From a bacterium (GTDB lineage: Bacteria; UBA8248), in NCBI GenBank assembly GCA_965213685.1, contig CBDBZY010000043.1, forward strand, positions 88,739 to 152,738: a DNA stretch of 64,000 nt. The letters run 5' to 3'. Below the pieces are notes generated by a model that was not told the origin of the DNA, did not search any database, and worked only from the letters and a program-made list of their open reading frames with translations. Within the stretch, counting starts at the first letter, position 1, and each line of letters begins with the position of its first letter. A program made the translations under genes and the position numbers. Below, one piece after another: positions 40,671 to 50,934 of the stretch.

Positions 40671-41738
40671 TCAAGCCTGGTCCATCAGGATGACCGCCCG
40701 GCCGACCACGGCCGCCCGCTCCAGCCGCTCGTGGGCTTTTTCCACCTCCTCGACGCGGAACGGATAGGTCTCCGTCACCACGGGCCAGGCGTCGCCCCGC
40801 GCCACGAGTTCGAGCGATTCCTGCACCTCCTGTTTCGTCGCGTATCGGCTGCCCAGAAGCTCCAGCTCCTTTTGCACCATGTCGCGCGAGGCGGAGCGGA
40901 ACGTCTGGCCCGTGCCGCCCAGGGTCACCAGGCGCCCGCCGCGGCCCAGTGCCTGAACGCCGGCCTCCAGCGTGGCGGCGGAGGAGACGAAATCGATCGC
41001 CACGTCCACGCCCTTGCCGCCCGTGAGGTCGAGAAGCGCGCCGGCGACGTTCTCCTGCGATGCGTCCACCACTTCATCCGCGCCCACGTCGCGGCATTTG
41101 CCCAGCTTGTTCGCCGCGACGTCCACGGCGATGACGCGGGCGTGTGCCCACTTCGCCATCATGACCATGTGGATGCCCACGCCGCCGCCGGCGCCGATGA
41201 CGGCCACGGTCTCCGTCGGCGCGACGCGCGCGCGCCTCGTCACCTTGTAGGGGGTGGCGATGGCGTCGCAGATGACGGACACCTCGGCGGCGTTGTTCAC
41301 ATGGTCGAGCCCGGCGGGGAGTTTCAGGAAGTTTCTCGCGGGCAGCCGGATGTATTCCGCATAGGCACCCTGCACCTGGCGGCCGATGTAGCCCGCAAAA
41401 TTCTCGCACAGCGTCTCCCGGTTGACGCGGCACCACTTGCACCGCCCGCAGGTGACGTAGAAATAGGCGGTCACCGCGTCGCCCTCCCGCAGCTCCTCCA
41501 CCCCCGCGCCCACGGCGGTGATCAGCGCGGTAATCTCGTGGCCGATGACGAGGGGGTAGTTCACCCCCGGCACCCGCCCCATGCGCGCGTGGTGGATGGT
41601 CAGCCCGGCGCCGCAGGCGAGAATCCTCGCAACGGCCTCCCCCGGCCCGGGCGTGGGGTCCGGATATTCTTCCTCGACAAAGGGTTTTCCCGGCTCTCTC
41701 AGCACCATCGCCTTCAATGCGCGCCCTCCTTCCAGCAA
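40671..41738 (-). CDS. Zn-dependent alcohol dehydrogenase
   Basis: GHE, CGRCKWC..C, GAGGGVG. Confidence 0.88.
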   Translation of the reverse strand: MLEGGRALKAMVLREPGKPFVEEEYPDPTPGPGEAVARILACGAGLTIHHARMGRVPGVNYPLVIGHEITALITAVGAGVEELREGDAVTAYFYVTCGRCKWCRVNRETLCENFAGYIGRQVQGAYAEYIRLPARNFLKLPAGLDHVNNAAEVSVICDAIATPYKVTRRARVAPTETVAVIGAGGGVGIHMVMMAKWAHARVIAVDVAANKLGKCRDVGADEVVDASQENVAGALLDLTGGKGVDVAIDFVSSAATLEAGVQALGRGGRLVTLGGTGQTFRSASRDMVQKELELLGSRYATKQEVQESLELVARGDAWPVVTETYPFRVEEVEKAHERLERAAVVGRAVILMDQA

Positions 41739-41860
41739 GGATGAAATGGGATTCTCGCCGCCTGATTACATCACACGGACGCGGGGCTGGGCAACGGGGG
41801 GCGGATGGCGTACCCTCTGCTGCGTCGGGCGGCGTGCGCCCGGCCTCGGGCGAGGGCGCC

Positions 41861-42244
41861 ATGGCCGAATCCGGTTCGGGCGAGGAAAGAGGGTTTCATG
41901 CGGGGCGCGCGGCCAGGCTCGCGCTGCTGGTCGCCGCGCTGCTGATCGCGTTCACCGCATTCTCCTTCCATACCCCGCACGCGGGCAGGGTGGGCTACGG
42001 CTGGGCCACGCTGGCGGGAGGGGTCGCCCTGGGCCTGTTCGGGCTGGGAATCCGCCAGGGGTTCACGTGGTGCGCCTACCCGGCGGCCCTCGTTCTGGGC
42101 GCGTTCGACTTTGTGTGGATGGTGCGGATACTCGAGGGCTTCGACGTGGGCCTCGCCATCTGGATAGGGATATGCTTCTTCTCCATCCGGGAGATATGGC
42201 CGGGGGTCGACAGGAAGTTCCCGTGGATCAAGCGCAACCCCTGA
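41861..42244 (+). CDS. Hypothetical membrane protein (about 4 TM)
   Basis: Several hydrophobic segments; RBS GAGGG before ATG. Confidence 0.6.
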   Translation: MAESGSGEERGFHAGRAARLALLVAALLIAFTAFSFHTPHAGRVGYGWATLAGGVALGLFGLGIRQGFTWCAYPAALVLGAFDFVWMVRILEGFDVGLAIWIGICFFSIREIWPGVDRKFPWIKRNP

Positions 42245-42253
42245 GGCGCCTCT

Positions 42254-42928
42254 CTATCCAAACCTGTCAATCACCGCGTCTTCCAGCTCTGCGCGCCAGG
42301 GATTCTCAAAGAAATCTACGACCGCGTCCGGGTTGTATTTCTTGTTCTGGTCAAACGCCCGGCGGATATAGACGCTGAAACCATAGGCTTGTTCTTTCAT
42401 CTCGTCTGAATTGAAACGCTGTTGATATTCCGACAATCCCTTGTCAAAGAAATCTCTCAGTTTTCTCACGTCTTCTTTCGGCACGACATCCGCCCCGCGA
42501 AAAAAGGTGATGTCCTTTCGCCCATAAGAGCCGAATACATATATCCCGTTCGGGCGCGGAAGGCCGCTATTCCACATCGGCTTCCCTTGTTTGTTCTTGC
42601 TGTATTTGGTCTCGATGCTCACGACGCCATCGCCGTCGAGAATGAGAAAGTCCGGATATTCCTGCGGACCGTAAGGCTGATGAAAGAAATGCCGGTGAAA
42701 CTTCACCGAGAAAGGGTTTTGGGGAACGTGATTCGTTTCCTTATCGAGCACAAGCTTTTTGAGGAGCGCGAAACCTTTCTCCGTAATGTCCGTGCGTATC
42801 AGCCTTGAATAGCCGAGCGTATGAAGTTTTGCATTGATCCTGTCCTCGAACTCGCTACCTTCCCGGCTGCCAAGATAATTCGTCTTGTTGTTCTTCAAGT
42901 CCCGGAACAACTCTGCCAGCCTACTCAT
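42254..42928 (-). CDS. Putative type II restriction endonuclease
   Basis: QPYGPQEYPDFLI...IETK PD-(D/E)xK motif; overlaps the MTase stop; low GC. Confidence 0.75.
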   Translation of the reverse strand: MSRLAELFRDLKNNKTNYLGSREGSEFEDRINAKLHTLGYSRLIRTDITEKGFALLKKLVLDKETNHVPQNPFSVKFHRHFFHQPYGPQEYPDFLILDGDGVVSIETKYSKNKQGKPMWNSGLPRPNGIYVFGSYGRKDITFFRGADVVPKEDVRKLRDFFDKGLSEYQQRFNSDEMKEQAYGFSVYIRRAFDQNKKYNPDAVVDFFENPWRAELEDAVIDRFG

Positions 42929-43779
42929 AGCGTGCCATGTATTCCTGCACGAGGTCTCCCTTCCGGAAACCGGGCGTGCTGGTGATGTTCTTGAGAGCCA
43001 ATGCTTCGTAGTCGATCTCCTCATATAAACGAACGTAGACGATCTCGTTGGCCGGCTTGAAAAGCATCCATTGCTTGTGCTTCTCGCACCTGTCCGGATC
43101 GGTTTCGCGGCGGGTGTAGTCCTGCCACCCTTGACATGGAACGGCGAAGTCAAAGTCGTTCCTGAATACCTTGAGGGCTTGCTCGGTGTTGTTGTATTGC
43201 CAGAAGTCAAAGTCTACATGGCACAGGGGGGGGGACTGTAAGTCTAAAGTCTTTGTGTGTGCTGGGCAAGCACGTCCAAACCTGAAATTCCGTATTCACC
43301 TCGTAATCGCCTTTGCTGTCCGTATAAAAAGAATTCCTCGGCAAATTCGTCGAATACACGAGCCGCCATTTTTCCGGTGACTGTTTGTGAATGAAGTATT
43401 TACGGAATATAACCGGCACGATGAAGGCGATGGTGGCGGCGATGGAGGCCGCCTTGACGAAAAACGGCACCGCGAGGCTGCCGCGTTTGCCAAACGGAGG
43501 ATTGCCGACAATGACCACGTCTTTTTTCCCATAAAAAAACGGCTTATATTTCCACTCGAGAAAATCCTTGCCTATGAAGATATTCCGTCTCGGCGCGATA
43601 TCCACGCCCACCTTGTTCTCGGGAAAAAGATCATAGAACGATCCGTCGCCCGCAGACGGTTCAATGAACAAAAGTTCGTCCTTCATCTTGCCCGTGAGTT
43701 TGCAGAGCAGGGGAAGCAGGCTCATCCAGCAGAGTCTGGCAATATGCGGCTTCGTGAAAAACTGGTCTAGATCGCGCAT
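42921..43779 (-). CDS. N6-adenine DNA methyltransferase, frameshifted at a C9 tract (43226-43234)
   Basis: DQFFT, EPSAGDGSF, GNPPFG; removing one C continues the frame (CHVDFDFWQY...) to the TAG at 42921. Confidence 0.85.
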
Positions 43780-44009
43780 GGCATCCGCTTGGTGAAATCC
43801 AACGCCCGAAAACTCTGGATGGTGTTGGTGCAAATATATGATTTTGTATGGTTGATGACAAGGTGCGGGAGCAGGCGGTGCCTTTTCCCGTAAGCCGGGT
43901 ATTCATCCCTTTAAGAAAGGCGTGCCTATACCGTATTTGCCCCGACAGTTCCGAATTCTTTTTTTTTAGAGCCCGGAGAGCGCGGGGCTGGCGACAGCGC
44001 AGAGCGGAA

Positions 44010-45290
44010 TCAGCCCATGCGCCGGATCGCCTTGGCGCCGATGTCTTTTCGCAGATAGGCGTCTTCCCAGCAAATGAGGTCGCTCGCCTGGTATGCGCGG
44101 CGGGTCGCCGTGCGGATGTCCGCCCCGCGCGCGGCGACGCCCAGCACGCGGCCGCCTGCGGTGACGACGTTTCCCGAGTCGTCGAGGGCCGTTCCTGCGT
44201 GAAAGACCTGCACGCCGGGCAGGGCGCAGGCCTCGTCGAGTCCCTCAATGACGTCTCCCTTGCGGTAGGCGTCCGGGTAGCCGCCGGCGGCCATGACGAC
44301 GCACACCGAGGCCTCCTCCGAATAGCGGACGTTCGCCTCATGCAGCCTGCCCTCCGCGCAGGCGATGAGGACGGGCAGCAAATCCCCCTCCATGCGCATG
44401 AGGATGGGCTGGCATTCGGGGTCGCCGAACCGGCAGTTGAACTCCAGCACCCTCAGCTCGTCCCCCCGCACCATGAGGCCGGCGTAGAGAACCCCCCGGT
44501 AGGGGGCGCCCCTCCGGGCCATGGCCTCGATGGCGGGCCGCACCACGGTTCGCATCGCCTTTCGCTCCAGTGCGCCCGAGAGCACCGGGGCGGGGGAGTA
44601 TGCGCCCATCCCGCCCGTGTTGGGGCCGGTGTCGCCCTCGCCGATGGCCTTGTGATCCTGGGCGGAGGGCATGGGGAGTGCGTCTTCCCCGTCCACGAAC
44701 GCGAGAAGGCTCGCCTCTTCGCCCTCCAGGAACTCCTCCACCACGCATCGCGCGCCCGCCTCGCCAAAGGCCCGCTTCTCCATGATCTCCGATATGGCGT
44801 CCTGCGCACCGGCGACGTCGGCGCACAGCAGCACGCCCTTGCCGGCGGCCAGGCCGTCCGCCTTCACCGCCCAGGCGCCCCCGCGCTCCGCCACGAAATC
44901 CTTGGCCGCGCGCGCCTCCCCGAAGACGCCGTAGGCGGCGGTGGGGATTCCGGCTTCGTCCATGAGGGTTTTGGAGAACGCCTTGCTCGCCTCTATCCGG
45001 GCGGCCGCGGCCGAGGGGCCGAACGCCCGAATCCCGATCGCCTCGAGCCTGTCCACCAGCCCGAGGGCGAGGGGGGCTTCGGGGCCGACGACGACGAGGC
45101 CCGGCTTTTCCTCCCGCGCCAGTGCGAGGAGGCCCTCGATGTCCTCCGCGCCCACCGGCGCGTTTCGCCCGACGCGGACGGTGCCCGCGTTTCCGGGTGC
45201 GCAGACCACCTCGTCCACGTCCGGGCTCTGGCTCAGCTTCCAGGCCAGGGCGTGCTCGCGCCCGCCCCCGCCCACGACGATGATCTTCAT
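44010..45290 (-). CDS. purD: Phosphoribosylamine-glycine ligase
   Basis: GGGGREHAL, KADGLAAGKGV, GPNTGGMG, EFNCRFGDPE. Confidence 0.97.
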   Translation of the reverse strand: MKIIVVGGGGREHALAWKLSQSPDVDEVVCAPGNAGTVRVGRNAPVGAEDIEGLLALAREEKPGLVVVGPEAPLALGLVDRLEAIGIRAFGPSAAAARIEASKAFSKTLMDEAGIPTAAYGVFGEARAAKDFVAERGGAWAVKADGLAAGKGVLLCADVAGAQDAISEIMEKRAFGEAGARCVVEEFLEGEEASLLAFVDGEDALPMPSAQDHKAIGEGDTGPNTGGMGAYSPAPVLSGALERKAMRTVVRPAIEAMARRGAPYRGVLYAGLMVRGDELRVLEFNCRFGDPECQPILMRMEGDLLPVLIACAEGRLHEANVRYSEEASVCVVMAAGGYPDAYRKGDVIEGLDEACALPGVQVFHAGTALDDSGNVVTAGGRVLGVAARGADIRTATRRAYQASDLICWEDAYLRKDIGAKAIRRMG

Positions 45291-45369
45291 CGGGAATTCT
45301 CGCCGGAAAATGAGAAAATCCACAACCTAAGGGGCTGGGGAGGGGGTGTCAAACGGCGGGGAGGCCGCC

Positions 45370-46140
45370 TCAGCCCACGTCTCCGAGCACGTGCTGTGCG
45401 ATGGCGATGAGCGAGACGGGGGCCGTGTCCGCGCGCAATACCCTCGGGCCGAGGGATACCGGGAGGAAGCCCGCATCCATCGCCTGCCGGGATTCCGCCT
45501 CCGCGAGGTCCCCCTCGGGGCCGGTGAGGATGGCGACGCGAAGCGGGGCGTAGCCTCCGCGCCCGGTCGCCTCTGCCAGGACTTCCCGGAGGGGGAGCGC
45601 GCCCTCTCCGAGATGCCCCATCAGTTTCAGGTCGAAATCCCGCGTCGCCGCCAGGTAGTCGTCCAGCCCGCCCGGCGGATGCGCGGCGGGCGGAGGCACG
45701 CGGTCGCATTGCTTGGCGGCCTCGAGGAGGATGCGGCGCCAGCGACCGTGGCGTTCGGCGCCCTTTTTCTCGCGCACCCTGGCCTCGCACCGCTCCAGCA
45801 GGAGGGGGTGGAACGCGCCGACGCCCAGTTCGCAACCCTTCTGGAGCACCCACTCGAACCGCTCCCCCTTGAGCAGGGGAATCCCCAGGGAGAGGAGCAG
45901 GGGGCCGGGCGGGCGTTCGGGCAGGCGCTCGACGATCGCCCCCGCGCTCTGCCGGGAGGATATGTTCGTCAGCTCCACCAGGTATTCCCGGCCGTCCTCG
46001 GTCGCCACGCGGCAGCGCGCACCCGCCCGCATCTTGAGGACGCGGCGGATGTGCGCGGACTCCGCAGCCCCCAGCGCGACGCGCCCCTCCCGTATCGCGT
46101 CCGCCGCGACGTAGAAGAGCCGCAATCCGTCCCGGGTCAT
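45370..46140 (-). CDS. rsmE: 16S rRNA m3U1498 methyltransferase
   Basis: HIRRVLKM, KGCELG, EAAKQC, GPEG, LGPRVLRADTA. Confidence 0.93.
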   Translation of the reverse strand: MTRDGLRLFYVAADAIREGRVALGAAESAHIRRVLKMRAGARCRVATEDGREYLVELTNISSRQSAGAIVERLPERPPGPLLLSLGIPLLKGERFEWVLQKGCELGVGAFHPLLLERCEARVREKKGAERHGRWRRILLEAAKQCDRVPPPAAHPPGGLDDYLAATRDFDLKLMGHLGEGALPLREVLAEATGRGGYAPLRVAILTGPEGDLAEAESRQAMDAGFLPVSLGPRVLRADTAPVSLIAIAQHVLGDVG

Positions 46141-47022
46141 GGCCTCGCGATCTCGACGCTGGCCCACTCCTCGAGCCTGCGCGTCCTGCGGATGGCGAGG
46201 CCGGCTTCCCGGCAGGCGCGGGCGAGCGCTTCGGTCTGCTCGTAGCCGACCCCCGCGAGGACGCCCCGGCCGGCGGGGGCGAGGGCTTCTCGGAGGAGCG
46301 GTGCGAGTGGAACGAGGGCGTCCAGAAAGATGTTCGCCGCGATGAAGTCGACCCGCCCCCACCAGTCGGCGAGGGGACGCGGCCCCAGCGTCGCGTTGCG
46401 CGCGGCGATTCGCTCCGCCACGCCGTTTTTTTTCCGCCAGGGCGATGGTGTCCTCCACGGCCCTCGGGTCGAGGTCGAGTGCGCATGCACGCTTTGCGCC
46501 GCACAGCAGGGCGGCGACGCCCAGGATGCCCGAGCCGCAGCCGACGTCCACCATGCGCCGGGGCGGGTTGGGGGGTGCGCACGCCTCCTCGATGGCGCGC
46601 AAGGCCAGGCGGGTGGAGGGGTGCCTGCCCGTCCCGAAGGAGAGGCCCGGCTCGAGGAGGAGCGCTATCCGCCCCTCCGGCGTCTCCCTCTCATCCCACG
46701 GCGGCCTGACCCAGAGCCTCCTCCCGTGGGCTTCGCCCCGAAAGTGTCCGCGCGCGTGGGCGACCCAGTCCCGACCCTCGACGATCCGCAGCGTGCGCTC
46801 GCCTTCTCCGATGCCGAGGGCGCCCAGCAGCCCCTCCATCGCGCGCAGCCGCGCCGTCGCTCCGCTTTCCAGCGGGATGTGGGTGATGAGCACCGAGGCG
46901 TCCCCCGCGCGGTCGCGCTGCTCGACGGCGGAGGCTCCCGCCTCCAGCATCCGGGCGCCGGCGTCCTCTGCCAGGCACAAGGGGACCTGGACGATAAGTT
47001 CCATCCATTTTTCGCCGCCCAT
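46137..47022 (-). CDS. prmA: Ribosomal protein L11 methyltransferase, frameshifted around the A8 tract (46426-46433)
   Basis: EPGLSFGTGRHPST, DVGCGSGIL; continues in another frame with ANIF...LAG...EEW. Confidence 0.88.
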
Positions 47023-47032
47023 CCGTTCGGTC

Positions 47033-48118
47033 TCAGGCGGGCAGCCGAACCACGGCGCTCCCCGCCGTCGCCAGCTCGCCCTCCTGGTTCTTGCCCGTGA
47101 TCTCGACCTTCACGGTGCGCTCGGCGTCGTTCTTCTCCACCACCTTGCCCGCGTGCCAGATGGTGTCGCCATAGATCATGGGACGGCGCACCTGGACGTA
47201 GAGACTCCGGAGAAACGCATCGTCCCCCATCCAGTTGGTGATGAAGGGACTCACCCAGGCGAAGCGCATGACGCCGTTGTCGAAGGGGCCCGGCATCCCG
47301 CGCCCCGAGGCGAGGTGGAAGTCCTCGTGCTGCTGGGAGTTTTTGACCCGCATCCCGATCTGGGGGATGAGCACGGCGTTGTGCGGGGCCTTCTGCAGGT
47401 CCAGGTATCCGCGCCTTCCCGCCTTGTAGGAGGGGCCGTTGCCCGCGTTCCAGGCCACCATGTCGCCGATGGTGAGGGGGCCGCGCACCATGGGCGGGAG
47501 CGCATCCCCGACCGACACCTCCTGAAAGCGGCGCATGACCCCGCCCCTCCTCTCCTCTGCGCGGTAGGCGCTTTCGATCTCCTGGATTTCCGCGGCGTCG
47601 TATCGCTTGATCGGCCGATCGTAGAGCAGGGCGCTTCCCTCCTGCAGCGTCCGGATCATCGTGCCGGTGGCCCGGGCCAGGACTTCTTCCCTCTCGTTCC
47701 AGTAGGTGCATTCGGAGATGATGAAGATGAGCCGCCGGCCCGCCTTGTTCGTTTTGACGTAGGAGTCTTTCTGGACGGACGTGGCGCGGATCCTGCTGCC
47801 GGCCGGAATCGGCTTTTCCCACGCAAACGCGACGCCCCCGATGAGGGAGGAGAGGGGAGCCGACATGGGCGCTCCGTGAAGAATCGGGTAGAGGACCGAG
47901 GCGAGGAACGCCGGCGGCGCCAGGAGGCTGCCGTGGCGCGTGCGCGCGGCGTATGCCGGGTCCAGCCAGAGGGGGTTGTCGTCGTCGATGCCGTATGCGA
48001 AATGGCGGATGGCGTCGGGGCTCGCCTCGTTGTTCCAGGGTTCGCGCTCGCGCACCGGCTGGCCGTTGAGTCTTTCCGTCTTCTCTATGAATTCGTCGAT
48101 GCATGCCTGGCTGGACAA
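47033..48118 (-). CDS. Double hotdog (MaoC/FAS1-like) dehydratase
   Basis: DAIRHFAYGIDDDNPLW..APP in the first domain; VGDALP..H..GMPGPFDNG..GD in the second. Confidence 0.8.
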   Translation of the reverse strand: MSSQACIDEFIEKTERLNGQPVREREPWNNEASPDAIRHFAYGIDDDNPLWLDPAYAARTRHGSLLAPPAFLASVLYPILHGAPMSAPLSSLIGGVAFAWEKPIPAGSRIRATSVQKDSYVKTNKAGRRLIFIISECTYWNEREEVLARATGTMIRTLQEGSALLYDRPIKRYDAAEIQEIESAYRAEERRGGVMRRFQEVSVGDALPPMVRGPLTIGDMVAWNAGNGPSYKAGRRGYLDLQKAPHNAVLIPQIGMRVKNSQQHEDFHLASGRGMPGPFDNGVMRFAWVSPFITNWMGDDAFLRSLYVQVRRPMIYGDTIWHAGKVVEKNDAERTVKVEITGKNQEGELATAGSAVVRLPA

Positions 48119-48276
48119 TGTGGGACGCTCCTGTTCCTGGGGTCGCGGGGGGCTAGGTGATGTTGAGGCCGTTCGGGTGGTTTTCGTTTCCCGGGGAGGA
48201 TATGTAGCAAGAATTTCCGGACGCAACAAGGCCGCGAAGGGGGGGCAATCCCCCGGTGCGGAGTGGGGGCTTTCGC

Positions 48277-49329
48277 TTACGGATTTCCCGAGGAGAGGAA
48301 TTTCGAGACCGAGTCCGCCGTCCATTCCACGAGGGAGACGGCCCGGTCGTAGCGCATGCGCTTGGGGCCGATGATGCCGATGCTGCCCAGCGGCCGGTCG
48401 TCCATGTAGTAGCGCTGGGCGACGACGCTGCAGTCCTTCATCTCCTCGAAGTCGTTCTCCGAGCCGATGAGGATGGTGATTTCCGTGGACTCCAGGCACC
48501 TGTCCAGCAGGCGGACGAGCTTCTCCCGCTCCTCGAACGTGCGGTAGAGCGTGCGGAGCTTCTCCGCGTTGGTGGCGAAATCCGGCTGGGAGAACACGCG
48601 GGAGGCCCCCTCCACGAAGACGGACTCCTGCGCGCCCTGCGCTTCGGAGAGCGCCTCCTTGCTGAGCTGCAGCGCCTGCTGGTAGAGGGCGTCGAGGTTG
48701 TCGCGCGCGCTGGCCATCTTCTGGACGATCTTCTCCCGCACCTCGCGGAGCGCGAGTCCGCTGAACTCCTCGTTCAGGAGGTTGGATATCCGGTTCAGAT
48801 CGTCCTGCGTGATTTGGGTTTCCATCGGGATGACGCGGTTCTGGACGACCCCGCTCATGGAGACGATGACGCCCAGGATTTTCCCCTCCGACATCTTCAC
48901 GAAGTTGATGTGCTTGAAGCGGAGCTGCTCTCCCGCCGGGAGGAGCACGAATCCCGCCGTGTTCGTCAGCTCGGAGAGGGCGCGGGTGGCTTTCGCCAGC
49001 ACGTGCTCTATCCGGGCGGCCTGCTCGGAGTAGTCGAGGCGCATGGATTCCTCCTCCGCCGTCGTCAGCGTGTGGGAATCCATCAGATCATCGACGAAGA
49101 CGCGGTAGCCCAGGTCGGTGGGGAGCCTGCCGGAGGAGACGTGCGGCTTCGTCAGGAAGCCCGCGTCGGCCAGATCGCTCATGATGTTTCTGATGGTGGC
49201 CGGGCTGAAGGGGATGTCCGAATGCTTGGAGAGCGTGCGGCTCCCCACGGGTTCGCCCGTGTCCACGAACATGTTGACGATGGCGCGCAGGATTTCCCTG
49301 TTTCTGCTGCCAAGTTCCGGGCCGGCCAT
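48277..49329 (-). CDS. hrcA: Heat-inducible transcription repressor
   Basis: EPVGSRTL, SPATIRN.M, PHVSSGRLPTDLGYR, IGP.RM.Y. Confidence 0.96.
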   Translation of the reverse strand: MAGPELGSRNREILRAIVNMFVDTGEPVGSRTLSKHSDIPFSPATIRNIMSDLADAGFLTKPHVSSGRLPTDLGYRVFVDDLMDSHTLTTAEEESMRLDYSEQAARIEHVLAKATRALSELTNTAGFVLLPAGEQLRFKHINFVKMSEGKILGVIVSMSGVVQNRVIPMETQITQDDLNRISNLLNEEFSGLALREVREKIVQKMASARDNLDALYQQALQLSKEALSEAQGAQESVFVEGASRVFSQPDFATNAEKLRTLYRTFEEREKLVRLLDRCLESTEITILIGSENDFEEMKDCSVVAQRYYMDDRPLGSIGIIGPKRMRYDRAVSLVEWTADSVSKFLSSGNP

Positions 49330-49421
49330 CCTGAACCCCTCGCCGCTGGGCGTCTGTCTCCCGTGATCCGCGCTGTGGTCTGGCGCCCGCCGCGGGCGCA
49401 TGGGGCGCTGGTTCGCTCCAG

Positions 49422-49449
49422 ATTATGGAGGACGGGCCGCGCCTGTCAA
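49422..49449 (-). promoter_or_regulatory. Sigma70-type promoter upstream of hrcA
   Basis: Minus strand TTGACA-16 nt-CATAAT, about 90 bp upstream of the ATG. Confidence 0.6.
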
Positions 49450-49509
49450 GCCCGCGCAGGGACGTGTGGGGGGGGAGGCGTGGCTCCCATGCCCGCGCCG
49501 CCAAAGGCG

Positions 49510-50919
49510 CTACATCTGTTCCGGGCCGATGAAATTATCTTCGAAATTTCTAACGGGGCGTGGATCAATGTCACGGATTCCTGCCGGTAGTCTATAGCCC
49601 CCGATATTGACGATCTCGTGACTCAATCCCCAGGCAACGGCGAGTCGATGGAACGATTCCTCATCGACTCCTTCCGCTTCGAGAGATTCCGGCATCGGGA
49701 GGGGGAGTTTTTGAACTCCACGTGAGCCTTTTATGTATTCTTCTGACAGCCATTTCCCTGTGTCAGATACGACTTCTTGATAGGTTCGCATGGCGCTTCC
49801 GCCGCCACAGACAAATATCGGAAGAAAACTGGACCAAGCAGGGGAACCAGGATACCTCCACCTCCGCAAGTCCCCGATTGTATTGCGGAGGCACTTTTCA
49901 CATTTGTCCTTGAATTCCCTCTCCTCCTCGGCGCCTTTTCCCGTCGCCCGACGCAGTCCATTGGCTCCGAGCCATTTTACGTCGGCGGTGAGTATGGAGA
50001 ACTGATCGCCTTCTTTGTTTTTATGTAGATTGAATGAACAGACGTCCAGCGTACTCGCTCCGATGTCCACCAGCAGGTGCAGATCTTCTGCGCGGGATGG
50101 GGATTTGGCGTACCACAATACTTCCGCGATGACTTCCGGTATCAGCGCAAATTCCGGGATGTCCCTCCCATCTTCAAACCGCGGGTTTTTTACGTCGTCA
50201 ACCGCTTCTCGCACAGCCCGGAGCGTTATCGGCCCCGGCTTGCCGGAAGCGAGCCGGGCGGCCTTGCCGGTTGTCCGGAAATGTTTGCGAAGCGTCAGGT
50301 CGTCATCAACCGCTGCGGGTAAGCCCAGATTCCAGGCCCATCTCAGGTCGTATTCCCCGAAAGCGTCCTTTTTGGTTTTGACAAACCAGTCGCGGACATA
50401 TCTCAGCACCAGGGCAAGGTAGGCCGTCGCGACCGTGGTCGCGGGAGCGTCGCAAGGGGGACCGGATGCAGACTCCATGCGGGATAGCGGATTTTGCATG
50501 AGGGCGACTTTGATTTCCGTGAGCCGGGACGCTGCCCGTATGGGGGCGAGCGAACACTCCCCGTCCTTGCCGACGAACAACCTCGTGGGGAGCAAATACG
50601 GGTACGGGAGGTTCTCGTTGTTCTTCTCGTCGGCGAGACGGCCGAAAGGAACGGCGTATGCGGGACTGCCAGAGTAGTGTGGAGCCTGGACGATGACTTT
50701 GGTCCATGACGTCCCGAGATCAACTCCCACTACAACGTCAAGGATTTTCTTGGTTGGGGCCGGAGGTGTTGGGTGCTCGGTCGGCGCCTGATCCTTCGAT
50801 CTCATCAGCCATCTCCTGAGTTGGTGTCGGAGGGATTGGGCGATCCCCGGTTGGCGCCGGATCGCGCCACTTGCGGTTGTCTCCCGGGCCGTCTTTGTTC
50901 GTTTCCTTCTCCTTGCCAT
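49510..50919 (-). CDS. Actin/Hsp70-fold (ASKHA) ATPase-like protein without Hsp70 substrate domain
   Basis: GVDLGTSWTK (phosphate 1), IPEVIA (connect 1), LVDIGASTLD (phosphate 2), FVCGGGS (adenosine). Confidence 0.8.
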   Translation of the reverse strand: MARRRKRTKTARETTASGAIRRQPGIAQSLRHQLRRWLMRSKDQAPTEHPTPPAPTKKILDVVVGVDLGTSWTKVIVQAPHYSGSPAYAVPFGRLADEKNNENLPYPYLLPTRLFVGKDGECSLAPIRAASRLTEIKVALMQNPLSRMESASGPPCDAPATTVATAYLALVLRYVRDWFVKTKKDAFGEYDLRWAWNLGLPAAVDDDLTLRKHFRTTGKAARLASGKPGPITLRAVREAVDDVKNPRFEDGRDIPEFALIPEVIAEVLWYAKSPSRAEDLHLLVDIGASTLDVCSFNLHKNKEGDQFSILTADVKWLGANGLRRATGKGAEEEREFKDKCEKCLRNTIGDLRRWRYPGSPAWSSFLPIFVCGGGSAMRTYQEVVSDTGKWLSEEYIKGSRGVQKLPLPMPESLEAEGVDEESFHRLAVAWGLSHEIVNIGGYRLPAGIRDIDPRPVRNFEDNFIGPEQM

Positions 50920-50934
50920 ACCGCCGCCTCCCCG

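Noticed and set aside
45370-47022. Apparent 550-aa PrmA-RsmE fusion in the ORF track
   Set aside because: Caused by a frameshift near the A8 tract; the PrmA C-terminus is intact in another frame and ends overlapping the rsmE ATG.
49330-49420. CIRCE operator upstream of hrcA
   Set aside because: GC-rich inverted repeats exist but do not fit TTAGCACTC-N9-GAGTGCTAA in sequence or spacing.
49510-50919. Calling the actin-fold ORF dnaK because it is next to hrcA
   Set aside because: It lacks the Hsp70 substrate-binding domain and DnaK signatures, belongs to the low-GC island, and hrcA has its own promoter.
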